From: Gammaproteobacteria bacterium
GTDB lineage: Bacteria > Pseudomonadota > Gammaproteobacteria > JACCYU01
DNA length: 64,000 nucleotides
Assembly (NCBI GenBank): GCA_013695765.1
Contig: JACCZW010000085.1
Coordinates: 935 to 64,934 of the forward strand
Direction: 5' to 3'
Below are positions 1-9,467 of this stretch, piece after piece. The notes below the pieces were generated by a model. That model saw only the letters and a list, made by a program, of their open reading frames with translations. It searched no databases and was not told the origin of the DNA. Each line of letters starts with the position of its first letter. Position 1 is the first letter of the stretch. The position numbers and the translations under genes are program-made.

Positions 1-337
1 ATGGCGTCATACATTGAACGTGTTACATCCTGAGCCTCCTTTGCCTACTGGGTGATGTCCGCAGGGCAGAGGTTGCTGCGGTACAAGGATGAGCAGCACC
101 GCGGCAAACGCCCATGCCAGCAACGGCATGGCCGGGCTGCGCGACAAAGCAGGAGCGAAGCCGTTGGCAGTGCCGCCATTTTCGATGACCATAAGTCATT
201 GAAAATGAACCCAAGCAAAAGCTACGTTTTTTCTGCGTGCTCTGAGAAGTCCAGACGGACTTATCATAAAGGTACCTGCGACACAGGTTTCACTTGGCCG
301 GCGATGTCACGTATGCAGCAGCAAGGAATTATCGGCT

Positions 338-1348
338 ATGCGATCAAAAAAACAGAAGGTGATCAATCTGGCTCTGCAGGGAGGCGGCGCGCATGGTGCG
401 TTCACCTGGGGAGTCCTGGATCGTCTGCTGGAAGACGAATGCCTGGTGATCGAGGGGATCAGCGGGACCAGCAGCGGGGCCATCAATGCCGCGGCTTTGG
501 CTTACGGAGTGACTATCGACGGCCGCGACGGCGTGCGGCGAGTACTGGCGGATCTTTGGGGCCGAATCGGCACCAATGTACCAAACCGGCCCGGCACGAA
601 GGCTCGTAGCATGGAACGGAGCCTCACTCTGGAAGGCGCAGTCGCGCTGACGCGCATCTTTTCGCCCCACGAGCTCAATCCCTTGAACCTTGATCCGCTA
701 AGAGATGCCGTCGCTGCACTGATCGATTTTGAGCAGCTACGAGCGGAGTGTCCACTCAAGCTTTATATCGCCGCCACACAGGTACGAACCGCAAAGCTGC
801 GTTTGTTTACAGCCAGGGAGTTGACCGCAGATGCCTTGCTCGCCTCAACTCGGCTGCCGTCATGGCGCCATGCCATCGTCATCGACGGTGAAGCGTACTG
901 GGATGGCGGCTATGCCGGCAATCCGGCGCTCTTTCCGCTGTTCTACAACTGTGACTCCTCGGATATAGTCGCCGTTCTTCTGCATCCGCTCAGCCGGCCC
1001 GCTCTGCCGACTTCCGTGTCCGGAATTCGGCATCGCACTGCGGAGTTGAGCTTTGGTACATCGTTTGTACGCGAGATGCACGCGATCGTACAAGCCAAAA
1101 AATACGTCGACCGTCATCTCTTTGCCGTGGGTCGCTTAGAGCGCCGGCTGCGGCGCCTCAAGATTCACTTGATCGAGGCAGACCAGTTTCTCTCTGAGCA
1201 GAGCGGGGTCAGCAAAGCTGATAATGATGCTGCTTTCCTGTCGTCGCTGCGAGACCGCGGCCGAAAACAGGCGGACGCTTGGCTTCGCTATAATTTCCGT
1301 CTTCTGGGCAGACGTTCCTCGGTAGACCTGCCGGAATTATTCGGCTGA
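338..1348 (+). CDS. patatin-like phospholipase family protein
   Basis: 336-aa ORF. It has a GGGAHGAF glycine-rich loop, a GTSSG (GxSxG) serine motif and a downstream WDGGY (DGG) aspartate motif, which are typical of the patatin fold. AAGGAA lies about 10 nt upstream of the ATG. Confidence 0.8.
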   Translation: MRSKKQKVINLALQGGGAHGAFTWGVLDRLLEDECLVIEGISGTSSGAINAAALAYGVTIDGRDGVRRVLADLWGRIGTNVPNRPGTKARSMERSLTLEGAVALTRIFSPHELNPLNLDPLRDAVAALIDFEQLRAECPLKLYIAATQVRTAKLRLFTARELTADALLASTRLPSWRHAIVIDGEAYWDGGYAGNPALFPLFYNCDSSDIVAVLLHPLSRPALPTSVSGIRHRTAELSFGTSFVREMHAIVQAKKYVDRHLFAVGRLERRLRRLKIHLIEADQFLSEQSGVSKADNDAAFLSSLRDRGRKQADAWLRYNFRLLGRRSSVDLPELFG

Positions 1349-1836
1349 ACGGTCCATTGACGCTCCGTCGGAGCAGCAACGCTCGGTCGAGAGCGCGTCA
1401 CGCTATTTGAACATTGCGTGCGTAAGTCGGAGACGCAATGACTTTTTCCGGTAGAGCTGCGAATGTGTGGCCGTGTAAATTTTACAAAAAGAGCCGTCTT
1501 TACTTCGCTACATTCCCGTGTTTAAGGGTGCTCCGCGTCGTTACTAACATATCTTGAGACACTGACAGAAAGGCGACTATATCTGGCCATGTGTGCCACG
1601 CCGCGCGACTAGATCGTCTGGACAGCCTTTTCGAGTATTTTGATCAACGACTTCGCGTGACAACTCCGCTGATCTCTGAGCCGCCAATAGACTAGAACCT
1701 CGCTCGCACGGCGTGCCCATCTATCGACGGTGGAACGCTGTGGCATGAAACGTGATACGTCACTATGCCGCTCGCGGATTTAGACGGGCACGGTTAATTG
1801 TGAATCAAAGGCTACCTTCTTAGGGGGTAATTAGTC

Positions 1837-2298
1837 ATGGGCGATAAAGACAGCTCACAATTCGTAAAGCAGGCTCAAGAGGCGAACCGCTCCATGTCGG
1901 AAGCGATGCGCGGACTGGCCGGCACTCAATTCAAGGTCATGCAACAGCTAGCCGGGGTTCAACGCGAACAGTTTCAGCAAGCGGTGGAGGCGGCCCGTAA
2001 TCAGATGCAGCTTATCGGCCAGAAAAGAGACCCTCAAGAGATCGCCTCTATTCAGGCTGATCTGGTAAGGCAGTATGGTCAAAAGTATGCAAACAGTGTG
2101 ACTAAGGCGGTGGATATCGTATCCCAGGCCTTGGAAGAATACGGCGAGCAATTACAGAAGGGCAAAAAAGCCAAGGACGAAGTTGAGGGGGCGACTCATG
2201 CCGCCGCACAAGAAGGCAGTGACGCTGCCGAGCGAACGACCAAGAAGGCGGCGGCCAGCAGCACCAAGAAGGCGCCTACGTCCGGGAAGTCTTCTTAA
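1837..2298 (+). CDS. phasin-family (PHA granule-associated) protein with Lys/Ala-rich tail
   Basis: 153-aa ORF with AGGGGG about 9 nt upstream of the ATG. The body is helical and Gln/Ala/Glu-rich and resembles phasin (PhaP-type) proteins. The C-terminal tail TKKAAASSTKKAPTSGK resembles the basic tails of PhaF/PhaI-like granule proteins. Recognised from memory, not by search. Confidence 0.6.
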   Translation: MGDKDSSQFVKQAQEANRSMSEAMRGLAGTQFKVMQQLAGVQREQFQQAVEAARNQMQLIGQKRDPQEIASIQADLVRQYGQKYANSVTKAVDIVSQALEEYGEQLQKGKKAKDEVEGATHAAAQEGSDAAERTTKKAAASSTKKAPTSGKSS

Positions 2299-2320
2299 GG
2301 GCTATCTCCAAGAACGAGCA

Positions 2321-2349
2321 AGCCCCTGCCTTGCGGGGGCTATTTCGTG
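2321..2349 (+). terminator. putative rho-independent terminator after the phasin gene
   Basis: Stem AGCCCC/GGGGCT with a 9-nt loop, followed by the T-rich stretch TATTTCGTGT, about 20 nt after the stop codon. Confidence 0.45.
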
Positions 2350-2520
2350 TGTCAAGAAAAGAGGAAATCAGCTTTCACAGCATTGTGTAGTCAGTAAAGA
2401 CAGTTAAACCATACTTAACCGAACTCCTCAGCCTTCAAACGCCAGGCGTAACGCTTCGGCTTCCGTTCCAAGTTGCTGGCGAACGGCTATGCTCCCTTGC
2501 AGCCACGTTGCCCGCCAGCC

Positions 2521-2772
2521 TTAATCCTTGGACGATTTCGGCTGGGTCGTGCCCATCTGTTTCCAGAACACTTTCTGCAACTCACCCAGGCTCTGGATGG
2601 TCGCCGGTAACCAGGTGCGGATAAGGGTCTCGGCATCGAGATCCTGAATGTTGCCGCGCATGCGTTTCTCCAGATCTTTCATCAAGCGCTCCTGCATCGG
2701 TGCGACAATGGGAAGGCCGATGAACTCCCGCGCTTCTTCCGGGGTGCAGTCGACGTTGATAGTAAACTTCAT
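2521..2772 (-). CDS. small conserved hypothetical protein (DUF6489-like)
   Basis: The track ORF is 100 aa. The likely start is the internal ATG at 2772 (MKFTINVDCTPEEAREFIGLP...), preceded by GGAGAA. The N-terminal motif resembles a small conserved family I recall as DUF6489. The family name is uncertain. Confidence 0.5.
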   Translation of the reverse strand: MKFTINVDCTPEEAREFIGLPIVAPMQERLMKDLEKRMRGNIQDLDAETLIRTWLPATIQSLGELQKVFWKQMGTTQPKSSKD

Positions 2773-2988
2773 AGGTTTTCTCCAGTAGCATCCTTGGTAC
2801 CGTAATTTGAAGGCACGCGGCAACCAATGATTCTCGCGCTAAGCAGTGGCTTGTCTCATGGTTCATCATCGCCGCGAAATCCTCTCCCGGACTGGAGACG
2901 GTCGCGCACCCTGAGCTTGGCAACTTGTTGCCAAAGCCCATGCTTGCCTGACTGCGGTTCCAATGTCGATTTAGCTTGCCAAAGCCTG

Positions 2989-3822
2989 CTAGTGAGACAT
3001 CAACACCGGCACCTTCGCATGCTTGAGCATGTGCCGGGTGGCGCCACCGAGCATGATCTCCTTCAGCCGCGAGTGCCCGTAAGCCCCCATCACTATGAGG
3101 TCGGCGTGCTGACGCTCCGCCTGCTCGAGCAGTCTCTCGCCGACGAACTGAGCAAATTCCGTAGCGCGCGCCGCCTCAGCCTCGACACCGTGACGCGCCA
3201 GGTGCAGGGTGATGTCAGCGCTGGGGATATCATTCTCACCGTCTTCGCGAGCGACATCGTCCGCGGGGGGATCAACCGCCATGACGATGACCTGATCCGC
3301 ACCACTGAGCAGTGGGAGCGCATCATTGGCCGCCCGCGCCGCCTCCCGGCTATTATTCCAAGCGACCAGCACGCGCTTGCCCAATGATCCGGACCAAGCC
3401 CCTGGAACAAAGAGCACCGGCCTGCCTGCCGCCAGCGGTATTTTGTCCGCGATCTCGCGTGTTATGGGAGGCGCATTCTCCGTCGGCTGACCTAACACGA
3501 TGAGATCCACCACGCGGCCGTAATCGATGATCGTCGTCGCCGGATCACCGTCGACATGATGCCACTCGCCAAGAACGCCCGCGCGCGCTGTCGCACTCTT
3601 GAACCGCTCCTGCGCACTGTCGGCCGCCGCGCGCAGTTCGTCTTTGCACGCCTCCCACAGCCCTGCTACCCAAACATCATGAGCAGCCACGTAGTGATAC
3701 AACGAGGTCACATGGACCCCGCCAAGATGTGCATTGAAGCGCTCAGCAAGATGCACCGCAGCCTCCAGAGGCGCGTTGGACTGTTCAGCATGATCTACAT
3801 GAACGAGAATATCTTTTGGCAT
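2989..3822 (-). CDS. universal stress protein (tandem UspA domains)
   Basis: Two Usp-like halves. The C-terminal motif is ADLIVMGAYGHSRLKEIMLGGATRHMLKHAKVPVLMSH. The start is placed at ATG 3822 (MPKDILVHVDH) because AGGAGA lies 7 nt upstream. The longest ORF reaches 3888. Confidence 0.8.
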   Translation of the reverse strand: MPKDILVHVDHAEQSNAPLEAAVHLAERFNAHLGGVHVTSLYHYVAAHDVWVAGLWEACKDELRAAADSAQERFKSATARAGVLGEWHHVDGDPATTIIDYGRVVDLIVLGQPTENAPPITREIADKIPLAAGRPVLFVPGAWSGSLGKRVLVAWNNSREAARAANDALPLLSGADQVIVMAVDPPADDVAREDGENDIPSADITLHLARHGVEAEAARATEFAQFVGERLLEQAERQHADLIVMGAYGHSRLKEIMLGGATRHMLKHAKVPVLMSH

Positions 3823-4349
3823 GACCACTATCTCCTGTATTGACTGAGGTTGAGTCTGGGATTGTCTCTCCAATTCGTACTGATTCAAGCCAATCGATCC
3901 CAGACGAGGCGATTTTGGCGCGGTGCTCTCCCGTTCGCGCGCGTAAACAGAGTGCTGAGAGTCGCGGCAGCCTCCGCCCGCGTGTAGAAGCGTCCCGACC
4001 TGATGAAGCCTGCGGTGATCCGGCCATGACCCTCAAATACGCGCCCAGAGGCAGTACTTCTCATGATCAGATGATTAGGGAGACCATGCAGGCGGTGGAT
4101 CGGCGCCGGTCGAACATCTGCGAAACGCGCTGGATCGACCTCGCAGCGAATCGGAAAAGCCGCGCCGAAAACGCTTGCCTGCGTTTTCCTCACGTACGCC
4201 GCCGGCACCAGTGAACCGACAGTTCCGAGCGCAACTGGCGAGAGTATAACGCCGCGCTAATACGGCGCGTAAGTTTGACGCTGTGTGTTGCGAGCGGCGG
4301 GAACCTGGCGTAGTTGTTTGACGGTAATTTTGCGTCATCAGGAATTTCT

Positions 4350-5908
4350 CTACTTCACCGAGGCCCTGAGCGCAGCAATTACCCGCTCGACTTGTTGTGA
4401 CAGAGGTTGTTCCGTATCGACGCTGACCTGCGCAACATCCGCGGGCCAGGCTTGCCAGCGCATGCGCTGCATGTCGTCGACCTCAGGCCGGGCATCCGAG
4501 GCGTCGCTAGCCGTGGCCAATCGCTGGCCGATTCGCTCACGGGCAATCTCGGGCCGACACACGCATTCGATCCCTAGGAATTTGCTCCTGGGATCGACGG
4601 CCAACGCCTGCGCGGTGTTCAGTTGTTCGAGCGTGGCAAACGTGCCGTCGAGCACCACAGAGATGCGGTCCGCGTGCAGCGCCGCCGCGCGGCGATAGAG
4701 CTCTGCATAAACTTGCTCGCGGGCTTCCTGCCGATAGATGCCGCCGTCCGTCTCCGCGGCATGAGAACCGGCGCCGAACAGCGCTTGCCGCAGAACATCG
4801 GTGCGGAGTAGCTCTGCGCCGAAAGCGTCGGTCAGCGCCGCGGCGAGCGTGGTTTTGCCAGTCCCTGACAGGCCTCCCACGGCAAGCACCAGCAGCTGCA
4901 ACCACGGCGCGGTGTATTTGTCGGCCAGAGCCAGGTGCCGCTGGGCCTCCTTCGCGGCTGCTTCTTGGAGTTCACCCTGGACCTGGCCGGCTCGCAACGC
5001 GGCCACTTTAGCCCGCACACAGGCGCGATACGACTTGTAGAAAGCCCACAGCTCAGCCGCTGGTTGGTCGTTGCTCTGCTGCTGGTAGATTTGCAGCAAC
5101 CGCGGTCCGACCCAATCGGCGCCCAGGAAGTCGCATTCCGCGGCGAGAAACGCCAGTTCGTCGGCGACGTCAATGGTGCGGAATTCGGGATTGAACTCGA
5201 TGCAATCGAAAATCGCCAGGGGTTCGCTCATGCAGATATGCTCCGACCGCAAGTCCCCGTGTCCATCGATAACGCGGCCGGCGCGGACGCGATCGTCAAG
5301 GATGTTGGGCTGCAGCCCCAAGAGCTGAAGCTGAAAGCCGTGCACGCGCTCAGCCATTCCCCGCGGCAAATGGTGCCCCGCGGCCAGCAACTCCGCAGGT
5401 TGCCGCGAATGTGCGACAGATAACGCTGGCGGTGCTTCTCGGGCGTCAACCGCAGCGGTGGCAGATCTTTATAGAACCGGACCAAAGTGGCGGCGAGCCG
5501 GTCGATATGCTCGGGGCGAAGCTCGTTCCGGCGGTGAAGCGTGTCGAGGCTAAGCTCCGTCGGCAGGCGCCGCATCTCGACCAGCCAATCGACGGTTTCC
5601 CCTGCGCCGCGCAAGCTCAAATCGCCGTTATCCCCGCGCACGACCGGCACGACATCCAGGTAAGTATCCGGTGCAAGACGACGATTGAGCCTGATCTCTT
5701 CGCGGCAGGCGTGCTCGCGTGCGCCAAGCGTGGAGAAGTCGAGAAAATCGTGTTTGACGGGCTTTTTCAGTTTGTAGACATACGATCCCGCCAGGAAAAC
5801 ATGCGAGATGTGCGTCTCCACGTGCTCGACCCGATCAGGGCGATGCGGGTAGCTCTCTGGGTTGGCAAACCAGCGAACGATGGCTGCGTACTCGTTAACC
5901 AACTCCAT
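4350..5908 (-). pseudogene. bifunctional aminoglycoside-phosphotransferase-like kinase / P-loop ATPase, interrupted by a 1-nt frameshift
   Basis: ORF 5228..5908 gives the N-terminal kinase part. ORF 4350..5390 continues the same protein in another frame, with the kinase motif IDGHGDLRSEHI followed by the P-loop GGLSGTGKTT. The two reading frames join as ...HIRGNLR|ELLAAGHH... if one G is added to the GG run at about 5393-5394. Confidence 0.7.
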
Positions 5909-6349
5909 TAGCGATCCTCCGCCGATTCGAATGTTCAGCGCTTCTGGGCCGTACTCGTCGCGCCCGCGTCAGGCAGGATCAGCGGCGACTCCAGTCGACA
6001 GAAATCGGCAAAATCTCATGCTGATCGACTCGTGCTTTTCCCTTCGAAGACGATCTCGTCGCAAACGCCATAGTTCGAGAATTCATTCAGAACGACGTGC
6101 GGGCGAAGCCCATTGCCGATGAGATCGCCGGTTGCTGGCGGATCAAGCTTATGCTGAAAACGTGCGACGGGAGATGAGCGGAATCATTAAGGCGCTTGGG
6201 GAGACGGGTGGTTCGTGACAGGTGGCAAAATCAGCTATCGAATTGCTGACAATGAATCGGTAGAAATTTCTTCGACCGGAAGAATACGCCACTACTCCGC
6301 AGCTTGACGACCCCGTTTATATTGTCGCTCGTAAAAATGAGTGCTCGCC

Positions 6350-6523
6350 TCATAGTCGCGTATATTTCCTCGGAAGCTTTTCCGCGATAACTCGAAAAAG
6401 TTGCTCGGTTTTGCTGGGTCTACCTTGGCCCCGTTTTAACTCGCCATGATGGACGGTCCAAAGCTTATTGCCATAAACTTTAACATCGATATTTTTAGTT
6501 GCAGACGGCTTTTTCTTTATCAT
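6350..6523 (-). CDS. hypothetical small basic protein (57 aa), possibly translationally coupled to lpxA
   Basis: It is below the ORF-track size cut-off and was read by hand: [57 protein letters not shown]. Its ATG overlaps the lpxA TAA stop (TAATG). The segment is AT-richer than its surroundings. I recognise no family. Confidence 0.3.
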   Translation of the reverse strand: MIKKKPSATKNIDVKVYGNKLWTVHHGELKRGQGRPSKTEQLFRVIAEKLPRKYTRL

Positions 6524-7293
6524 TACCGCACCACCCCCCGCGGGCTGTTGTTGACGAAGTCCACAAACCGCGCGACTTCGGGGAAACTGCTTGCTAACTG
6601 TTCGATCTGAAAGGGTTCGTCGTCGCGGCGGTTCCTTGTTTTAATCAACAGCATGTAAGCCTTATGCAGCGCCTGGATGGTGTCCGCGCCGAAGCCGTGG
6701 CGCTTGAGGCCGACTTTGTTGATGCCGTGCGCGGCGGCCAGATTGCCAGAGGCTAATACATAGGGCGGCAGGTCGCGATTGAGTGCGGTGCCCATGCCGC
6801 AGAATGCGTGCGTGCCGATGCGGCAGAACTGATGCACCAGGGTGAAACCGCCCAGAGTCGCGTAGTCCTCGACCGTCACGTGCCCGGCCAGGGTGGCGCC
6901 GTTGGAAAAAACCGTGTGGTCGCCGACCAGGCAATCGTGCGCGATGTGCACGTAGGCCATGATCCAGTTGTCGTTGCCGATGACGGTCGCGCCCTGCCCT
7001 ATCCGCGTGCCGCGATTGATGGTGCAGTATTCGCGGATGGTATTGCGATCGCCGATTATCAGTTCGGTGGTTTCGCCTTCGTATTTTTTGTCCTGCGGAA
7101 TATCTCCCACCGAGGCGAACTGAAAGATCCGGTTGTCGTGTCCGATTGTAGTCGGCCCTTTGATTACCACATGCGGGCCGATCCAGGTGCCCGCGCCGAT
7201 CCGCACATCGCGCCCGATGACGCTGAACGCGCCGACTTTAACGTCGGGCGCGAGTTCGGCGCCAGGATCGACGGCGGCGCTGGGATCGATCAC
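6523..7293 (-). CDS. lpxA: acyl-ACP--UDP-N-acetylglucosamine O-acyltransferase
   Basis: Left-handed beta-helix hexapeptide repeats. The sequence matches E. coli LpxA from (V)IDPSAAVDP onward, including [16 protein letters not shown] and INRGT. The GTG at 7293 overlaps the fabZ stop (GTGA). The longest ORF starts at 7317. Confidence 0.92.
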   Translation of the reverse strand: MIDPSAAVDPGAELAPDVKVGAFSVIGRDVRIGAGTWIGPHVVIKGPTTIGHDNRIFQFASVGDIPQDKKYEGETTELIIGDRNTIREYCTINRGTRIGQGATVIGNDNWIMAYVHIAHDCLVGDHTVFSNGATLAGHVTVEDYATLGGFTLVHQFCRIGTHAFCGMGTALNRDLPPYVLASGNLAAAHGINKVGLKRHGFGADTIQALHKAYMLLIKTRNRRDDEPFQIEQLASSFPEVARFVDFVNNSPRGVVR

Positions 7294-7739
7294 CGGGCCA
7301 AATCTTTGAACACGCACATCAGTTCGGCGGAGGCGGCGAGGTCTTCCCCCACTTTGGCGGTCGCGTTGAACAGCCCGAAGCCGCTGCGCTTGCGCAGGAA
7401 CTCAACATGCAGGATCAGTTGGTCCCCCGGCTCGACCAGCCGCTTGAAACGCGCCTTGTCGATGCCGACGAACAAATAGAGGCTTTTATTGCTGGGACGA
7501 TGGTCAGGCGTGTTGAACGCCAGCACCCCGCTCGCCTGAGCGAGCGCCTCCAGAATCAGCACGCCCGGCATCAAGGGCAGTTCCGGAAAATGTCCCTGGA
7601 AGAAAGGCTCATTGAACGTGACATTCTTGAGCGCTGTCAACGACTCGCCGGGCTTGCACTCCAGCACCCGGTCGATGAGCAGAAACGGATAGCGGTGAGG
7701 CAGAAAACGCATAACCTCCCGGATATTGATCATGTCCAA
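7290..7739 (-). CDS. fabZ: 3-hydroxyacyl-ACP dehydratase FabZ
   Basis: 149 aa. Contains [13 protein letters not shown] and [23 protein letters not shown], which are hallmark FabZ motifs. It sits between lpxD and lpxA. Confidence 0.95.
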   Translation of the reverse strand: MDMINIREVMRFLPHRYPFLLIDRVLECKPGESLTALKNVTFNEPFFQGHFPELPLMPGVLILEALAQASGVLAFNTPDHRPSNKSLYLFVGIDKARFKRLVEPGDQLILHVEFLRKRSGFGLFNATAKVGEDLAASAELMCVFKDLAR

Positions 7740-7858
7740 ATCAGTTAAACCTTGAGTCGATAAGCTTGCTACGGCGCCGCCACATCAAGGCTGTAGACGC
7801 GGCGAGCTAACGGTTCGTACGCGCGATGGTGTGCGGATTAATCGAAGCCGGCGCCGCG

Positions 7859-8875
7859 CTAACTTTTAAGCTTCTTTTCCAGCGCCATGACCTTGCGCGC
7901 GAGTTCGTCCAGTTTGCGGAATCGAACCGAATTCTTGAGCCATTGCGCATTCGGTTCCAGCGGTGTGCCCGAGGTATAAGTGCCGGGTTTCGGGATCGAC
8001 TTGCTGACTTTGGACATGCCGGTGATGTGCACGTGATCGGCGATCTCCAGGTGACCTTCGATACCGGCGGCGCCCGCGATTGTACAATGTCTGCCGATCC
8101 TGGCGCTCCCGGCGATGCCCACGCAGCCAGCGATGGCGGTGTGTGCGCCGATGTGCACATTGTGCGCGATCTGAATCTGGTTATCGAGCTTGACGCCTTC
8201 TTCCAGCACCGTATCTTCCAGCGCGCCGCAATCGACGGTGGTGTTGGCGCCGATCTCGACGTCATCGCCGACCACCGCGCGTCCCAGCTGCGGGATCTTG
8301 ACCCACACGCCAGCGTCGTCGGCGAGCCCGAAGCCGTCGCTGCCGATCACAGCACCGGGATGCGCGATTACGCGCCGGCCCAGCACCGAGCGGTTGCATA
8401 ACGTCACGCGCGCGACCAGCTTTGAGGCGTCACCGACCGTGCATTCGGCGCCGATCACACAGCCGGGACCGACGAATACGTCGGCGCCGATCACAGCACC
8501 CGCTTCGATCACAGTCAGCGCACCGATGCATGCGCTCGCGTCAATCCGCGCCTCCGCGTGTACCACGCTGCTCGGATGAATGCCCGGTAGCGTGGGTTGC
8601 GGCGGATGCAGCAGGTTTATGATTCTGGCAAAGGTTAGATAGGGATTATCGGACAGTAGTGCGGCGGCCGGACAGTCTTCGAGATCGTCGGGGCCGAGGA
8701 TCACCGCCGAGGCCAGAGTTGCCTTGAGATAAGGTCTGTAACGGCAACTGGCGAGGAAACTGACGCTGCCGGGTCGCGCGCCGTTCAGACTGGCGACGTT
8801 GTCGATCCGGCAATCCGGATCGCCGATCAGACTGACACCGACCCGTTCGGCCAATTCTTGCAGACGCCAGGACAC
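7859..8875 (-). CDS. lpxD: UDP-3-O-(3-hydroxyacyl)glucosamine N-acyltransferase
   Basis: 338 aa. It has an LpxD-type N-terminal domain followed by a long hexapeptide-repeat region. The skp-lpxD-fabZ-lpxA order is conserved. Confidence 0.92.
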   Translation of the reverse strand: MSWRLQELAERVGVSLIGDPDCRIDNVASLNGARPGSVSFLASCRYRPYLKATLASAVILGPDDLEDCPAAALLSDNPYLTFARIINLLHPPQPTLPGIHPSSVVHAEARIDASACIGALTVIEAGAVIGADVFVGPGCVIGAECTVGDASKLVARVTLCNRSVLGRRVIAHPGAVIGSDGFGLADDAGVWVKIPQLGRAVVGDDVEIGANTTVDCGALEDTVLEEGVKLDNQIQIAHNVHIGAHTAIAGCVGIAGSARIGRHCTIAGAAGIEGHLEIADHVHITGMSKVSKSIPKPGTYTSGTPLEPNAQWLKNSVRFRKLDELARKVMALEKKLKS

Positions 8876-8944
8876 GTGCTCTTGTTATAGGTTCTTCGGA
8901 CGCGATATTTCACATTGCAGCCACGCCGAACTGGCACGCGGTGA

Positions 8945-9454
8945 CTAAATATCCTGCAGCCGTTCCAGGATGGTGTCGGTGATGTCTATCCGCTCGCTGG
9001 CGTAGAGCACTCTTTCGGTAACCATCAAATCGTAATCTTCCGATTTGGCCACCTCGACGATCACTTCGTACACCACGCGTTGCAGGTCGCTCAGTTCCTC
9101 GTTGCGCCGGATGTTGAAATCTTCCTGCAACTCCTCGCGATCCCGGTTGAAATCGAGCTTGCGGCTGGCGATGTCGCGTTCCAGATCCTCGCGCTGTTCA
9201 GCGCTCATGATCTCGGCTTCGGTGCGCAGCTTTCTTTCCAGTTCGATGATCGAGTCGCGGCCGGTGGTCAGCGACGCGTCGCGACCGGAAAATTCCTGCT
9301 CCAGGGCTTCGCGCGCGGCTTCTGCCTGCGGCGCCTGTTCCATGACGCGGACAATGTTGACGAAACCGATTTTGATTTCCTGCGCCGCGGCGGAAGGCGA
9401 CCAGGCAAAGCCTGCGCTGACAAGGAATAAGGTGAAGATGGTAAACCGTTTCAT
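8945..9454 (-). CDS. skp: periplasmic chaperone Skp/OmpH
   Basis: The start is placed at ATG 9454 (MKRFTIFTLFLVSAGFAWSPSAAAQE signal peptide), with GGGAG upstream. The protein is coiled-coil, rich in charged residues, and lies downstream of bamA. Confidence 0.85.
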   Translation of the reverse strand: MKRFTIFTLFLVSAGFAWSPSAAAQEIKIGFVNIVRVMEQAPQAEAAREALEQEFSGRDASLTTGRDSIIELERKLRTEAEIMSAEQREDLERDIASRKLDFNRDREELQEDFNIRRNEELSDLQRVVYEVIVEVAKSEDYDLMVTERVLYASERIDITDTILERLQDI

Positions 9455-9467
9455 ACTGCTCCCGTGC

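Noticed and set aside
7-192. 61-aa ORF on the minus strand at the window edge with a hydrophobic segment (PLLAWAFAAVLLILV).
   Set aside because: It is short, has no recognisable family or SD, and overlaps other equally weak ORFs. I cannot support it from the sequence alone.
3885-4208. 107-aa GTG-initiated ORF, plus overlapping ORFs 3840..4214(+) and 4075..4338(-), in the spacer of about 460 nt between the Usp gene and the kinase pseudogene.
   Set aside because: I recognise no family or motif. There is no clear SD, and mutually overlapping ORFs occur on both strands. I treat the stretch as probably non-coding or decayed and would only reconsider after a BLASTX hit.
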